DNA of 64,000 nucleotides from an uncultured Bacillota bacterium (GCA_963804645.1 CAWDRG010000019.1:192001-256000); one strand, 5' to 3'. Shown: positions 20,482-31,224, numbered from the stretch's first letter. Notes: generated by a model not told the origin, from the letters alone. Made by a program: numbers and translations.

Positions 20482-21101
20482 ATTCCCGCGAGCGCTTGAT
20501 GTTGATCATCGGGATCCTGCTCCTGGGCGGGGTCTGTCTGAAGTTCTTCGTGTACGATCCCCAGCAGGTCGCGTACGCCGACCTCGAGCAGACACGCGAC
20601 TCCGCGACCACGGATCTGCTGCGGCACCAGAAGATCATGCTGCGGTCCGGCCAGGTACGCGCGCAGTATCGCGCGCTCGCCGGACAGCTCGCCACGGTCG
20701 AGGCCAAGCTGCCGAAGGACGATGAGATTCCCGCCCTCTTGACGGAGATGGAGCAGTTCACGACGACGCGCGGGCTCCGGATCATCAGCATCAGCCCCGG
20801 TGAGCGTCAGGACCCCAAGGCCGATGATGCCAAGGCCGCTGCCGGGTCCAAAGCCGCGCAGACGGCGTCGACGACGAAAGCGGCCCCGTACGCGAAAATG
20901 CCCTTGAAGATCACCGTGCGGGGCACGTTTCCTGAGGTCGTACACTATTTCCACGACCTGGGGAACTTCCCGCGACTGATCGTGGTGGACAGCATCGCGG
21001 TCGCCCCGGAGAAGCTGCCGCAGTTGATCGTCAGCATGGACGCGGAGATCTATATTCTCGACGCGCCGACCGCGGCGCCGCCGACGAAGGCGAAGCCATA
21101 G
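20478..21101 (+). CDS. pilO: Type IV pilus assembly protein PilO
   Basis: KLPKDDEIPALL and G.F.EV..YF.DL...PRLI motifs; follows pilN. Confidence 0.85.
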   Translation: MNSRERLMLIIGILLLGGVCLKFFVYDPQQVAYADLEQTRDSATTDLLRHQKIMLRSGQVRAQYRALAGQLATVEAKLPKDDEIPALLTEMEQFTTTRGLRIISISPGERQDPKADDAKAAAGSKAAQTASTTKAAPYAKMPLKITVRGTFPEVVHYFHDLGNFPRLIVVDSIAVAPEKLPQLIVSMDAEIYILDAPTAAPPTKAKP

Positions 21102-21448
21102 CGTCATCCCGGCCGCGGCGCGCGAGTCTGGCCGAACACGCGCCGGGGCATACATCAGTGAGATATGGTCACATCCCATCGTTCGGTTCCGCGTCGTGAC
21201 CGTCCGGGTGAGCCCGCTGTTCCCGGCGTCGCTCGCGCGCGCGTGTGGCGGGTGCTGGTGCGAGGCATCGGGTATGCGTCCGTCGGCTGGCTCCTCGCGG
21301 CGCTGACACCGCCGGCCGACTCGGCGCCCATCGAGGGGCCGGGTCGCGTCACGGCGGAGTGCGTCCGCGCGGACGCTGGCTCCGCGTGTCCCGCACCGGC
21401 GGAGGCGCTGGCGGTCGCCGCCGCGGGCGGTCGGTCGGAGGTCGGGAG

Positions 21449-22048
21449 ATGAACGTCGTGCGCCGCGCGGCGCGGTCGCCGCTTGGATTGACGCTGGTGC
21501 TGGTTGCGGGTCTGGCGCTGGCCCTGGTGGCGGTGCACAGCGTGTTCCTCACCGAGGCGAACGAGGTCGCCCCGCAGCAGTCGGCGGTGCCCCGGGGTCA
21601 AGTCAGCCCGGATGCCGATGCCTTGGCACCGGCGGCCGAGGCGGTCGGCTACAACGGGCAGCTCCCCGTGGGCCTCAACGAGTTTCGCGGGCACGCGGTG
21701 GTGTTGAACTTCTGGGCGTCGTGGTGTCCTCCGTGCCGCGCGGAGGTTGGCGTGTTGGAGCAGGCCTACCTGCGGTACCGCGGGCGCGGCCTCGTCGTGA
21801 TTGGCATCGACGCGGAGAGCGACAGCTGGCAGACCAGCGCGCTGTTTTTGCGGCAGCACGGCGTGACGTATCCGGCGGGCCGCGACGTGCGGGGCACGAT
21901 CGCCCGCGACTACCGGATCGGTAACCTTCCCACCACTTACTTCATCGGCGCGGACGGCCGCATCGTCGGGCCTCCCGTGATGGGGGGCTTCACCGGATCG
22001 GACGGAGAGCAGGACCTTGAGCGCGAGATCCGCACGCTGCTGCAGTAG
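21449..22048 (+). CDS. TlpA/ResA-like membrane-anchored thiol-disulfide oxidoreductase
   Basis: VLNFWASWCPPC and LPTTYFI motifs; N-terminal TM. Confidence 0.9.
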   Translation: MNVVRRAARSPLGLTLVLVAGLALALVAVHSVFLTEANEVAPQQSAVPRGQVSPDADALAPAAEAVGYNGQLPVGLNEFRGHAVVLNFWASWCPPCRAEVGVLEQAYLRYRGRGLVVIGIDAESDSWQTSALFLRQHGVTYPAGRDVRGTIARDYRIGNLPTTYFIGADGRIVGPPVMGGFTGSDGEQDLEREIRTLLQ

Positions 22049-22112
22049 CGTCCGACGGCCCCCGGGCGGGGAGCCGCGTGCGGGGCGCATCGCGCGCGCG
22101 GACGTGGTCCGC

Positions 22113-23966
22113 ATGGTGCTGAACGCGCGCCGCCCGGACGCAGCGCCGGGCCCGTACGACCGGGAGGTCCCGCCGCCGGGCCCCCCCGACGCGGTGGAGC
22201 CGACCGCGGCGTTCCCCACCGACGACGGGGCATCCGGCGGGAGCCACCGGGCCGCCCGCCCAATCGGTGATCTCCTCGTGTCCGAGGGCCTCGTCACGCG
22301 CGAGCAGGTCGCGCGCGCGATGGAGATTCAGCACCAGAGCGGCGGGCTGCTGGGACGGATCCTCGTCGAAATGGGTGCGCTCAGCGACGCGCAACTCGCC
22401 CGCAGCCTGGCGCAGCAGTGGGGACTGCCGTACACCGATCTTCCCGAGAGCGAGATCGCTTCCGACGTCGCCCAGCTCATCCCGACCTACCTCGCCCAGC
22501 GCCACGGCGTCATCGCGATTTCTCGCAACGGCGACCGGCTGGTGGTCGCGATGTCCGACCCGTCCAACGTCGCGGCGATCGACGACGTCCGTCTCTTGAC
22601 CGGACTCGAGGTCGACATCGTCATCGCGAGCAACGACGACCTGACGCGCGCCCAGGCGCGCCTTTACGGGATCGCGGCCGACGTCGAGGAGGTGCTCAAG
22701 CAGAGCGGCCAGGCTGCCGAGCCCGACCTGATCCCCGAGATCGGGCCGCTTGAGAACGTCAGCCTCGACCGCCTGCGGACGCTTGGCGAGCAGGCGCCGA
22801 TCGTCCGGATCGTCGATCAGATCTTCCTGCAGGCCGTCCGCGCGGGCGCGAGCGACATCCACATCGAGCCGCAGCACAAGGACATGGTCGTGCGGTTCCG
22901 GATCGACGGGCTCCTCGCTGACATCATGACGCCGCCCAAAGCCTTGCAGCAGGCCCTGACGTCGCGCATCAAGATTCTCGCCAACATGGATATCGCGGAG
23001 CGGCGTCTCCCGCAGGACGGGCACATCCACCTCCGGATCGAGGGCCGCGAGCACGACCTGCGCGTCAGCACGCTCCCGACCGTGCTCGGGGAGAAGTGCG
23101 TGGTGCGAATTCTCGATCAATCGTCGACGCGGGTCTCGCTCACCAGGATCGGCCTCCCCGACGACGTGTTGGCCAAGTGGGAGAGCCTCGTCAGCAAGCC
23201 GTACGGCATGATCATCGTCACGGGCCCGACGGGCAGCGGGAAGACGACGACCCTCTACACCTCGCTGTCACGGATCAATACGCCTGAACGCAACGTCGTC
23301 AGCGTGGAAGACCCGGTCGAGTACCAAATCCCGCGGGTCAACCAGGTGCAGGTGAATGTCCGGGCCGGGCTGACGTTTGCGAGCGGGCTGCGCAGCATTC
23401 TCCGCCAGGACCCCGACGTGGTGTTGATCGGTGAGGTCCGGGACCGCGAAACGGCGGAGATCGCGATCCAGGCCTCGATGACCGGCCACCTCGTGCTGAC
23501 GACCCTGCACACGAACGACTCCGCCGGCGCGGTCACACGATTGACCGACATGGGGATCGAACGGTTCCTCATCACGTCGTCGTTGATCGGCGTGCTCGCC
23601 CAGCGGCTCGTGCGCGTGATCTGCCCGCACTGCAAGGAAGCGTACACGCCTCCGGCCGCCGCCCTGCGGCGCCTGGACCTGGACCCCGAGCAGGAGCGGA
23701 CCATCAAGCTCTACCGGGGCCGGGGTTGCGACTTTTGCCGCGGCACCGGGTACCGGGGCCGGACCGGCGCGTTCGAACTAATCACGATGAGCGACCATCT
23801 GCGCAGCCTGATCCTGTCCGGGGCCTCGACCGACGAGATCCGCTCGGCGGCGCAGGTCGAAGGGATGCGGACGCTGCGCCAGGACGGCATCGAGAAAGTG
23901 CTCTCCGGGGTGACCACGATCGAAGAGCTGCTGCGCGTGGTGTTCGTGCACGATGAGACGACGTAG
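22113..23966 (+). CDS. pilB: Type IV pilus assembly ATPase PilB (GspE/PulE family)
   Basis: ASDIHIEP, GPTGSGKTTT, LRQDPD and tetra-Cys zinc motif; start approximate. Confidence 0.95.
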   Translation: MVLNARRPDAAPGPYDREVPPPGPPDAVEPTAAFPTDDGASGGSHRAARPIGDLLVSEGLVTREQVARAMEIQHQSGGLLGRILVEMGALSDAQLARSLAQQWGLPYTDLPESEIASDVAQLIPTYLAQRHGVIAISRNGDRLVVAMSDPSNVAAIDDVRLLTGLEVDIVIASNDDLTRAQARLYGIAADVEEVLKQSGQAAEPDLIPEIGPLENVSLDRLRTLGEQAPIVRIVDQIFLQAVRAGASDIHIEPQHKDMVVRFRIDGLLADIMTPPKALQQALTSRIKILANMDIAERRLPQDGHIHLRIEGREHDLRVSTLPTVLGEKCVVRILDQSSTRVSLTRIGLPDDVLAKWESLVSKPYGMIIVTGPTGSGKTTTLYTSLSRINTPERNVVSVEDPVEYQIPRVNQVQVNVRAGLTFASGLRSILRQDPDVVLIGEVRDRETAEIAIQASMTGHLVLTTLHTNDSAGAVTRLTDMGIERFLITSSLIGVLAQRLVRVICPHCKEAYTPPAAALRRLDLDPEQERTIKLYRGRGCDFCRGTGYRGRTGAFELITMSDHLRSLILSGASTDEIRSAAQVEGMRTLRQDGIEKVLSGVTTIEELLRVVFVHDETT

Positions 23967-24046
23967 CCGGGTCGACAGGCGCTGGCCGGTCCGGAGTCTG
24001 ACCGACGCTCCGGTCGGCCGCCCGGCACGCCGCGGGAGGCACTGAC

Positions 24047-25258
24047 ATGGCCACGTTTGTGTACGTCGGGCGCGATGCCGAGGGGCAGGCGATTCGCGGA
24101 GCGATCGACGGCGACACCGAGATCGCCGTCATTACCCGCCTGCAGGGCATGGGGTACGCCGTCACCGGGTTGCGGCGGCGAGCCGCGCGCCCCACGGTCG
24201 AAGATTTGCTGGCCCGGTTTCGCGGCGTCCGGCTCAAGGAACTGTCCGTGCTCACGCGTCAGCTCGCCACGATGATCAATGCGGGGTTGACGGTCGTGCA
24301 GGGTCTCGTGATCCTCGAAGCGCAGAGCATGAACCGAAAATTGGTGGAAGTCATTGCGGCCGTTCGCCGGGACGTCGAGGCCGGCACGCCGCTCTCGGAG
24401 GCGCTGAAGAATCACCCGCGCGTGTTCAGCGACCTGTTTGTGAACATGGTCAAGGCGGGGGAGACCGGCGGCGTCCTCGACGACATTCTCGCCCGGCTTG
24501 CCGCGCTGCTCGAGAAAGAGTTGGCGCTACGCCAGAAGATCAAGGCGGCGATGATCTACCCCGCGGTGATTGGAGTCTCGGCGGTCGGCATCGTGACGTT
24601 TATCGTGTTTTTCATCTTGCCCCAGTTTGTCGCGTTTTTTGCGCAGCTCAACGTCCCGCTGCCGCTGCCGACGCTGTTTCTGATCGCGGTGACGAGGATC
24701 ACGAGCCATTTCTGGTGGCTGCTTCTGTTGCTGGCCGGGCTCGGCACGTGGGGAGCCCGGTATCATATCTCGACGTCGATCGGCCGCGCGCAATTCGACT
24801 ACCTCAAGCTGCGAATGCCGTTGCTCGGCCCGGTCAACCGCAACGTGGTGATGTCGCGGTTTGCCCGCACGCTCAGCGCGCTGATGCACAGCGGCGTGCC
24901 GATTTTGGTGGCGCTGGATGTCGTCTCGCGTGCGGTCAGCAACTCCGTGATCACGCAGGCGCTGCACGCGCTCCGCGAGAGCATTCGCGAAGGCGAGAGC
25001 ATGGCCGCACCCCTGCAGGCCAGCGGGGTCTTCCCGCCCATGGTCGTGCAGATGGTCTCGGTCGGCGAGCGCACCGGGGAGCTGGATGCGATGCTGGCGA
25101 AGATCGCCGATTTTTACGACACCGAGGTCGAGTTTGCGGTCGCCGGATTGACCTCGATCCTCGAACCACTGCTGATCATTGTGATGGGCAGCGTCGTTGG
25201 GTTTATCGTGATTGCCTTCTACCTCCCATTGTTCAACATGATCGGGGCGATCAAATAG
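24047..25258 (+). CDS. pilC: Type IV pilus platform protein PilC (GspF family)
   Basis: TRQLATMINAG, AMIYP, GERTGELD and ILEP motifs. Confidence 0.95.
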   Translation: MATFVYVGRDAEGQAIRGAIDGDTEIAVITRLQGMGYAVTGLRRRAARPTVEDLLARFRGVRLKELSVLTRQLATMINAGLTVVQGLVILEAQSMNRKLVEVIAAVRRDVEAGTPLSEALKNHPRVFSDLFVNMVKAGETGGVLDDILARLAALLEKELALRQKIKAAMIYPAVIGVSAVGIVTFIVFFILPQFVAFFAQLNVPLPLPTLFLIAVTRITSHFWWLLLLLAGLGTWGARYHISTSIGRAQFDYLKLRMPLLGPVNRNVVMSRFARTLSALMHSGVPILVALDVVSRAVSNSVITQALHALRESIREGESMAAPLQASGVFPPMVVQMVSVGERTGELDAMLAKIADFYDTEVEFAVAGLTSILEPLLIIVMGSVVGFIVIAFYLPLFNMIGAIK

Positions 25259-25305
25259 CGCGGCTGTAGGATCCCATTATAGTTGGCAGCATCGCGGAAT
25301 AACTG

Positions 25306-26682
25306 GAGGTACCCTCAAAGGGTGTGTAAATGCTGAAGGCGGTGTATCCTCCTGAGAGAGAGACCAACAACCAGGCCTTGTCAGAGGCCCAGGGAGGAAA
25401 CACACCGCCATGGACAAGCAGAACACGGATCACGACACGTCGTCAAGTCCCAGCTGGGACAAGTTGGAGGCCTGGGCTCGGATGCAGATCCAGACGTGGT
25501 TCCAGGATCTCCTCGAGGCGGAAGTCACGGAGCTGCTCGGGCGCCGCAAGGCGCAACGCCGACCGGCCGTGGACGCGCCGGCGGGCTATCGCAACGGCTA
25601 TGGCAAGCCGCGGCGGCTGACGCTGAGCGCCGGGACGATTACGGTGCGACGTCCGCGCACCCGCGGGCTGGAGGACCGGTTCGAGAGTCGGCTCTTGCCG
25701 TTGTTCGTCCGCCGGACGCGCGAAGTGAACGCCCTGCTGCCGGAGTTGTATCTGCATGGCCTGGCCCAGGGGGATTTGGCGCTGGCGCTGCGCGGGCTCC
25801 TGGGCGAGGCCGCGCCGCTGTCCGCGAGCACGGTGGCCCGGCTCACAGAGAAGTGGCAGGGGGAGTACGAGGCGTGGAACCAGCGCCGGGTGGACGAGCT
25901 GGAAGTGGTCTACCTCTGGGTCGATGGGGTCTATGTCAAGGCCGGTCTGGAGAAGGACAAGGCCGCGCTCCTGGTCGCGCTGGCGGGCTTGAGTGATGGC
26001 CGCAAGGTGCTCCTCGCCGTCGCGAGCGGGCCCCGGGAATCCACGGAGGCCTGGGGCACGTTCCTGCGGGCGCTGCGCGCGCGGGGGCTCTGCGCGCCGA
26101 AGCTGGTGATCGGGGATGGCCATCTGGGGATCTGGGGCGCGCTGCGCGACGTGTATCCGGAGGCGGCGGAGCAGCGGTGTTGGAATCACCGCATCGTCAA
26201 CGTGCTGGACACGCTCCCCAAGCGCGCGCAACCGCAGGCCAAGCCCCTCCTGACCGCGATCGCGTACGCGGAGACGCGGGAGGAGGCCGAGCGGCGGAAG
26301 GCCGCCTTCCAGCGCTGGGCCACCGGCCGGGGGCACGAGGACGCCGTGCGCGTACTGGATCGCGACTGGGACCGGTTCGTCACCTTCTACCAGTTCCCCC
26401 GGGAGCACTGGTCACATCTGCGGACGTCGAACCCGGTGGAGTCACCCTTTGCGGCCTTGCGGTTGCGCACGGATGCCGCGAAACGCTTCAAGAAGGTTGC
26501 CAACGCGCGCGCGATCATCTGGAAGCTGTTGCTGGTCGCGGAGCGCCGCTTCCGACGGCTCACCGCCCCGGAGCGTGCCACTGAGGTCTACCTAGGCGTG
26601 AAGTTCGTGAATGGCGTGAAAGTCACGACCAACGGTCAGGAGGTCGCCGCCTGAAGATTTACACACCTATTGACGGAACCTC
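25306..26682 (+). mobile_element. IS256-family insertion sequence A (1377 bp)
   Basis: Imperfect 26-bp TIRs GAGGTACCCTCAAAGGGTGTGTAAAT / GAGGTTCCGTCAATAGGTGTGTAAAT; 8-bp TSD AATAACTG at 25298-25305 and 26683-26690. Confidence 0.93.
25410..26654 (+). CDS. IS256-family transposase
   Basis: YRNG, YLWVDG, IGDG, QRCWNH and RTSNPVES motifs. Confidence 0.95.
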   Translation: MDKQNTDHDTSSSPSWDKLEAWARMQIQTWFQDLLEAEVTELLGRRKAQRRPAVDAPAGYRNGYGKPRRLTLSAGTITVRRPRTRGLEDRFESRLLPLFVRRTREVNALLPELYLHGLAQGDLALALRGLLGEAAPLSASTVARLTEKWQGEYEAWNQRRVDELEVVYLWVDGVYVKAGLEKDKAALLVALAGLSDGRKVLLAVASGPRESTEAWGTFLRALRARGLCAPKLVIGDGHLGIWGALRDVYPEAAEQRCWNHRIVNVLDTLPKRAQPQAKPLLTAIAYAETREEAERRKAAFQRWATGRGHEDAVRVLDRDWDRFVTFYQFPREHWSHLRTSNPVESPFAALRLRTDAAKRFKKVANARAIIWKLLLVAERRFRRLTAPERATEVYLGVKFVNGVKVTTNGQEVAA

Positions 26683-26953
26683 AATAACTGGCAGCAATTT
26701 GGCAGCAGCGTCGCACGTAATAGGCACTATCCCATCGGCGCTGGTCGACATCTAGCATAATCGGTTGCCAGCGCGACCATGCCCAGGGCTGGGGTTTCGG
26801 ACAGGCCCGAACCGCCTTTCATGGGGCCGTTGGTCGGCTAACCCACCATTTCCACCTGTCCGCCGACACACCACGGAAGTAACTCCGGGGTGCGAGCGGA
26901 CCCTCGAACTCGCCAGATCTGCACGCCGGTAGTGTGTGCGCATTTGAACATCC

Positions 26954-28323
26954 GAGCTAAAGTCGAGAGGTGTGGAAATTCAAGTGGCGTACCCTTTCCG
27001 AGATCCACCCACATCGGAACCTCCCTTGCCGGGGAGGGGAAAGGAGTACGCCAGTGTCAGCATATCAGCCACAACGGGGGTTGGACAAGGAGGAAGTCCG
27101 CTCGACTTTGGACGTGCTCGCGCGTGAAGGCGCGCAGCGCATGCTGATTGGCGCCTTGGAGCAAGAAGTCGAGGAGTTCCTCGGCCGGGCTCGCTATGAG
27201 CGTGGCGGGGCTCGACGGCGTGGGTACCGGAACGGCGCGGGGAAGCCGCGCAAGATCGCGGTCGGCTGCGGGACGCTCGAGGTCCGCCCACCGCGGGTAC
27301 GGGACACTGAGGAGGGGTTTCAGTCCCAGCTGCTGCCGCGGTATCAGCGGTCGAGCAATGCGGTCCGGGCGTTGCTGCCGGAGCTCTACCTGCAAGGCTT
27401 GGCCACTGGCGACTTTGAGCCGGCCCTCCGCACCTTGCTCGGGGAGGCCGCGCCCCTGAGTCAGACGTCGATCGTCCGCTTGAAGGCGAGCTGGCAGGCC
27501 GAATACGACACCTGGGCCCACCGCCGGCTGGCCGCCCGCTACGTCTATTGTTGGGCCGACGGCCTCTACTTAAAGGCGGGGCCCGCCGATGAGAAGACGG
27601 CCGTGCTGATCATCATCGGGGTGACGGAAGACGGCCACAAAGAGCTTCTCACGATGATCGAAGGCTACCGTGAATCCCGTGAGAGCTGGCGGGATGTATT
27701 GCGGGACCTGCGCCGGCGTGGCCTCAAAGACGTCCGGGTGTTCACCGGGGACGGCGGTCTCGGGCTCTGGGCCGCGGTTGGCGAAGTCTATCCAGAGGCG
27801 CGGCAGCAGCTGTGCTGGTGCCACAAGATGCTCAACGTGTTGGACAAGCTGCCGCAGCGCCTCCAGCCGGAGGCGCGGACCTTGATGCGCGACGTTTACA
27901 CCGCGCCCACGCGCGAGGAGGCCGACGCCCGGATCAAGAAATTCGCGCTGCGGTTCGAGCGGGACTATCCGCGCGCGGTGGCATCCCTCACCGATCACCA
28001 GGCCGAGTTGCTTACGTACTACGATTTCCCGCGGGAGCACTGGAAGAGTCTCCGGACGTCCAACCCGATCGAATCGGTCTTTGATCCGGTGCGCCTGCGA
28101 ACGCGCGCGACACGCCGGATGCGCAGAGCACAAACTGGACTGCATCTGGTCTTCCAATTAATCCGTCGGGCAGAGCAGCGATGGCGTCGAATCGACGCAC
28201 CGCACTTGGTCGCCAAGGTGCTTGAGGGTGTTCAGTTCGTCGATGGTGTGGAAGTGCTTGCGTCAGCGAAGAAAAGGAAGGGCGCCGCTTGATGCAATTT
28301 CCACACCTCTTGACTATTAGCTC
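26954..28323 (+). mobile_element. IS256-family insertion sequence B (1370 bp)
   Basis: TIRs GAGCTAAAGTCGAGAGGTGTGGAAATT / GAGCTAATAGTCAAGAGGTGTGGAAATT; 8-bp TSD GAACATCC at 26946-26953 and 28324-28331. Confidence 0.93.
27054..28292 (+). CDS. IS256-family transposase
   Basis: YRNG, WADG, GDG, CWCH and RTSNPIES motifs; AAGGAG RBS before GTG. Confidence 0.95.
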   Translation: MSAYQPQRGLDKEEVRSTLDVLAREGAQRMLIGALEQEVEEFLGRARYERGGARRRGYRNGAGKPRKIAVGCGTLEVRPPRVRDTEEGFQSQLLPRYQRSSNAVRALLPELYLQGLATGDFEPALRTLLGEAAPLSQTSIVRLKASWQAEYDTWAHRRLAARYVYCWADGLYLKAGPADEKTAVLIIIGVTEDGHKELLTMIEGYRESRESWRDVLRDLRRRGLKDVRVFTGDGGLGLWAAVGEVYPEARQQLCWCHKMLNVLDKLPQRLQPEARTLMRDVYTAPTREEADARIKKFALRFERDYPRAVASLTDHQAELLTYYDFPREHWKSLRTSNPIESVFDPVRLRTRATRRMRRAQTGLHLVFQLIRRAEQRWRRIDAPHLVAKVLEGVQFVDGVEVLASAKKRKGAA

Positions 28324-28414
28324 GAACATCCTTTCTGGGTCGAGCCCGCTATTGTGTAGTTAGACGATCACGCACAGGCTTAGTGCAAGCGAGATGAATT
28401 GGCTTGAGCATTAT

Positions 28415-28663
28415 GTAGTACTGGGTAGTACTGGGTAGTACTGGGTAGTACTGGGTAGTACTGGGTAGTACTGGGTAGTACTGGGTAGTACTGGGTAGTA
28501 CTGGGTAGTACTGGGTAGTACTGGGTAGTACTGGGAGTACTGGGTAGTACTGGGTAGTACTGGGTAGTACTGGGTAGTACTGGGTAGTACTGGGTAGTAC
28601 TGGGTAGTACTGGGTAGTACTGGGTAGTACTGGGTAGTACTGGGTAGTACTGGGTAGTACTGG
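28415..28663. repeat. Tandem repeat (GTAGTACTGG) x25
   Basis: 12 perfect 10-mers, one 9-mer (GAGTACTGG), then 12 perfect 10-mers; no spacers. Confidence 0.97.
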
Positions 28664-29043
28664 GGGAGTGGATCATGCACGCGACATCGAAGTTTCGGAT
28701 GGCAGTCAGCGTTGTAATAGGGATTTGCCTCGTACTATGGGGCATTCCCCTCGCGGGTCAAGCGCAGGAAGTTCGGTCAATCACGCGCACTCAGGGGATA
28801 CTTGCCTCCGTAAATCTTGCAGGCATGACGGCAACGCTCCACACGTCCGCCGGACAGCGCGTGTTCACACTGACGTCGGTGACCGTGGTGCGTGTTGGTG
28901 AGGAGTTGGAGTTCCTAGATTCACTGCCGCCGTTTGTCGGTGCTGCGGCGATTGTGCTGTCGACTGACGTTGACGGTACCCAGGTTGCAGGGCGTGTGGA
29001 TATTTTGGTCTGAAGTTGCCCCGGTTTCGTGGAGGGTACAACG

Positions 29044-29868
29044 CTAGGCTACCACGGGCTGGTTAGCGCACCTCCTTTCGTACTCCGCCGGAGAGAGGTA
29101 CTCGAGGGCAGAGTGGCGCCGATGTGGGTTGTACCAACCTTCGATGAAGTCGAACAGTGCCCGCCGCGCATCACCGCGGCTGATAAACGTGTGCCGGATG
29201 AGTAGCTCGGTCTCCAAGGTCGCGAAAAACGCTTCCGCAAGCGCATTGTCATACGCGTCGCCGGCGCTGCCCATGGAGGGGACGACGCCCGCATCCTGAC
29301 ATCGCCGTCCGAAGGCAAGGCTCGTGTACTGCGTTCCGTGGTCCGAGTGGTGCACCACGCCCGCCGCGGGGCGGCGATTCCACAGCGCCATGTTCAACGC
29401 ATCGAGCACGAGCGTGGTGTCCAGCGCGTGACTCATGGCCCATCCCACCACGCGCCGACTGAACGCATCCAGCACCACGGCAACATACAACCAGCCCAGC
29501 CCCGTCCGCACGTACGTGATATCGGCGACCCAGAGCTGGTTCGGCGCGGCCGCAGCGAACTTCCGGCGGACCAGGTCGGGCGCCAGTGTGGCCTCCCGAT
29601 CGCGGACGGTCGTCTGTGGTCGCCGACGCCGATGGGCCCCTACAAGTGTGGCCGCGCGCATCAGACGAGCGACCCGTTTGCGCCCGCAGCGTACCCCGCG
29701 CGCCCGCAGCTCGGCATGGACGCGCGGCGCGCCGTACGTGTGACGACTGAACGTGTAGATCGCCTGAATCTGGTCCTGGAGGACACCGTCCGCCTGAACC
29801 CGGGCCGATGGCGGGCGATGGTGCCAGGCGTAGAACCCGCTGGGGGAGACACCCAGGACTCGACACAT
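29044..29868 (-). CDS. IS3 OrfB (DDE/rve domain); normally reached by -1 frameshift
   Basis: WVADITY, HHSDHGTQY, DNALAEAFF and YNPHRRHSAL motifs. Confidence 0.93.
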   Translation of the reverse strand: MCRVLGVSPSGFYAWHHRPPSARVQADGVLQDQIQAIYTFSRHTYGAPRVHAELRARGVRCGRKRVARLMRAATLVGAHRRRRPQTTVRDREATLAPDLVRRKFAAAAPNQLWVADITYVRTGLGWLYVAVVLDAFSRRVVGWAMSHALDTTLVLDALNMALWNRRPAAGVVHHSDHGTQYTSLAFGRRCQDAGVVPSMGSAGDAYDNALAEAFFATLETELLIRHTFISRGDARRALFDFIEGWYNPHRRHSALEYLSPAEYERRCANQPVVA

Positions 29869-29982
29869 AGTGGCGATAGGGGCCGTGGCCTTCTCTCGCT
29901 TTACGAATTCGAACGCTGCGACGGCGTCCGGGTCTCCTGCGCGAAGAAGGCGGCCGCTACCCTGTAATTGGTCGTCGCGTGT

Positions 29983-31203
29983 CTACGCTGGGGACTCCTC
30001 CAGTGACACCTTGTACCCGAGCGCTTCCAACCGTTTGACCGCTCGGCGAGCGATGGTGGCCCGAGGGCGCCGGTCGAAGTGGGTAGGGCCGAGGTCCTGG
30101 TAGATCGTGCCCGTTTTGAGCATGTGGTACATGCTGACCAGGATCGCATGCGCAACGGCCAGTGCCGCCCGCTTCTTCCCACGGCGTCCGGCCAGCCGAT
30201 GAAAGAGCGCGCCCAGATACGTGTTCTTCGTCCGGGCCGCCGCATGCGCGGCTTCGACGAGCGCGGTCCGGACATACGGGTTCCCATGCCGGGTCTGACC
30301 ACTCCGGCGCTTCCCGGCGCTTTCGTCGCTCCCGGGACAGACGCCGGCCCAGGACGCCAGGTGCGCTGCGTCGGGGAACCGGGTCATGTCCGTGCCGATC
30401 TCGGCCAGCACGTCTTCCGCAATCCGCCGGCCGATGCCGGGAATCATATCCACGACCTGCAGCGCCGGTTCGTCCGCCTGCATCCGCTCCGCAATCGCGA
30501 GCACGAGGCGCTCGATCATGGCCTCCAATGCCTCGAGGTGTTCCAGTTGCAGCGCGAGCAGCATCTGCTGGTGCGGGCCGACCACACCTTGGAGCGCCCC
30601 TTGGAGGGCCGCGCGCTTGCTCCGCAGCCGTCCGCGCGCCAATTCCGCGATCACCGCTGGATCCGTCTCCCCGTGAATCAGCGCCTGCAACATGGCCCGC
30701 CCTGACTTGTTGACAACGCTGCTGGTAACATCGCCCAGCTTGATGTTCGCACCCTCCAGTACCTTCTGGATGCGATTGACCTCGCGCGCGCGCTCCTCGA
30801 TCACCGCCCGACGATAGCGCACCAGTTCACGCAGTTCGCGCTGGGGCCGGGCGGGAATGAAGCTGCCGCGCAGTAGTCCATGCCGAAGCAGATCGGTGAT
30901 CCACTCGGCGTCCTTGACGTCTGTCTTCCGCCCCGGGACCGCCTTGATCGCCTGCGCATTGACCACCAGTAGCTGTAGGCCCGTGGCCTCGAGCAGGTTG
31001 TAGATGGGCTTCCAGTACACCCCGGTGCTCTCCATCGCCACGTGCGTACATCCCGTTGCCTGCACCCATTCGGCCAGCGCCACCAGCTCTGCCGTGATCG
31101 TGCCAAAGGTCCGGAGCTCCTTCCCGGTCGGTGTGATGGCACACGCCACCACGGACTTCTTGTGCACGTCCAACCCACAGCAGTGCGAGTACAAGACCTC
31201 CAT
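29983..31203 (-). CDS. IS110 DEDD recombinase/transposase
   Basis: GLDVHK, MESTG, KTDVKDA, IPGIG and ESAGK (catalytic Ser loop) motifs; GGAGG RBS. Confidence 0.96.
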   Translation of the reverse strand: MEVLYSHCCGLDVHKKSVVACAITPTGKELRTFGTITAELVALAEWVQATGCTHVAMESTGVYWKPIYNLLEATGLQLLVVNAQAIKAVPGRKTDVKDAEWITDLLRHGLLRGSFIPARPQRELRELVRYRRAVIEERAREVNRIQKVLEGANIKLGDVTSSVVNKSGRAMLQALIHGETDPAVIAELARGRLRSKRAALQGALQGVVGPHQQMLLALQLEHLEALEAMIERLVLAIAERMQADEPALQVVDMIPGIGRRIAEDVLAEIGTDMTRFPDAAHLASWAGVCPGSDESAGKRRSGQTRHGNPYVRTALVEAAHAAARTKNTYLGALFHRLAGRRGKKRAALAVAHAILVSMYHMLKTGTIYQDLGPTHFDRRPRATIARRAVKRLEALGYKVSLEESPA

Positions 31204-31224
31204 CCGCCCCACCTCCCTGGGCGC

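Noticed and set aside
25306..28323. Composite transposon formed by the two IS256 elements
   Set aside because: The elements have different TIRs and each has its own TSD; there is no cargo gene between them
28415..28663. CRISPR array, or the ORFs with YYPVLPSTTQ repeats
   Set aside because: The units are 10 bp with no unique spacers and no cas genes are nearby; the ORFs are simply translations of the repeat
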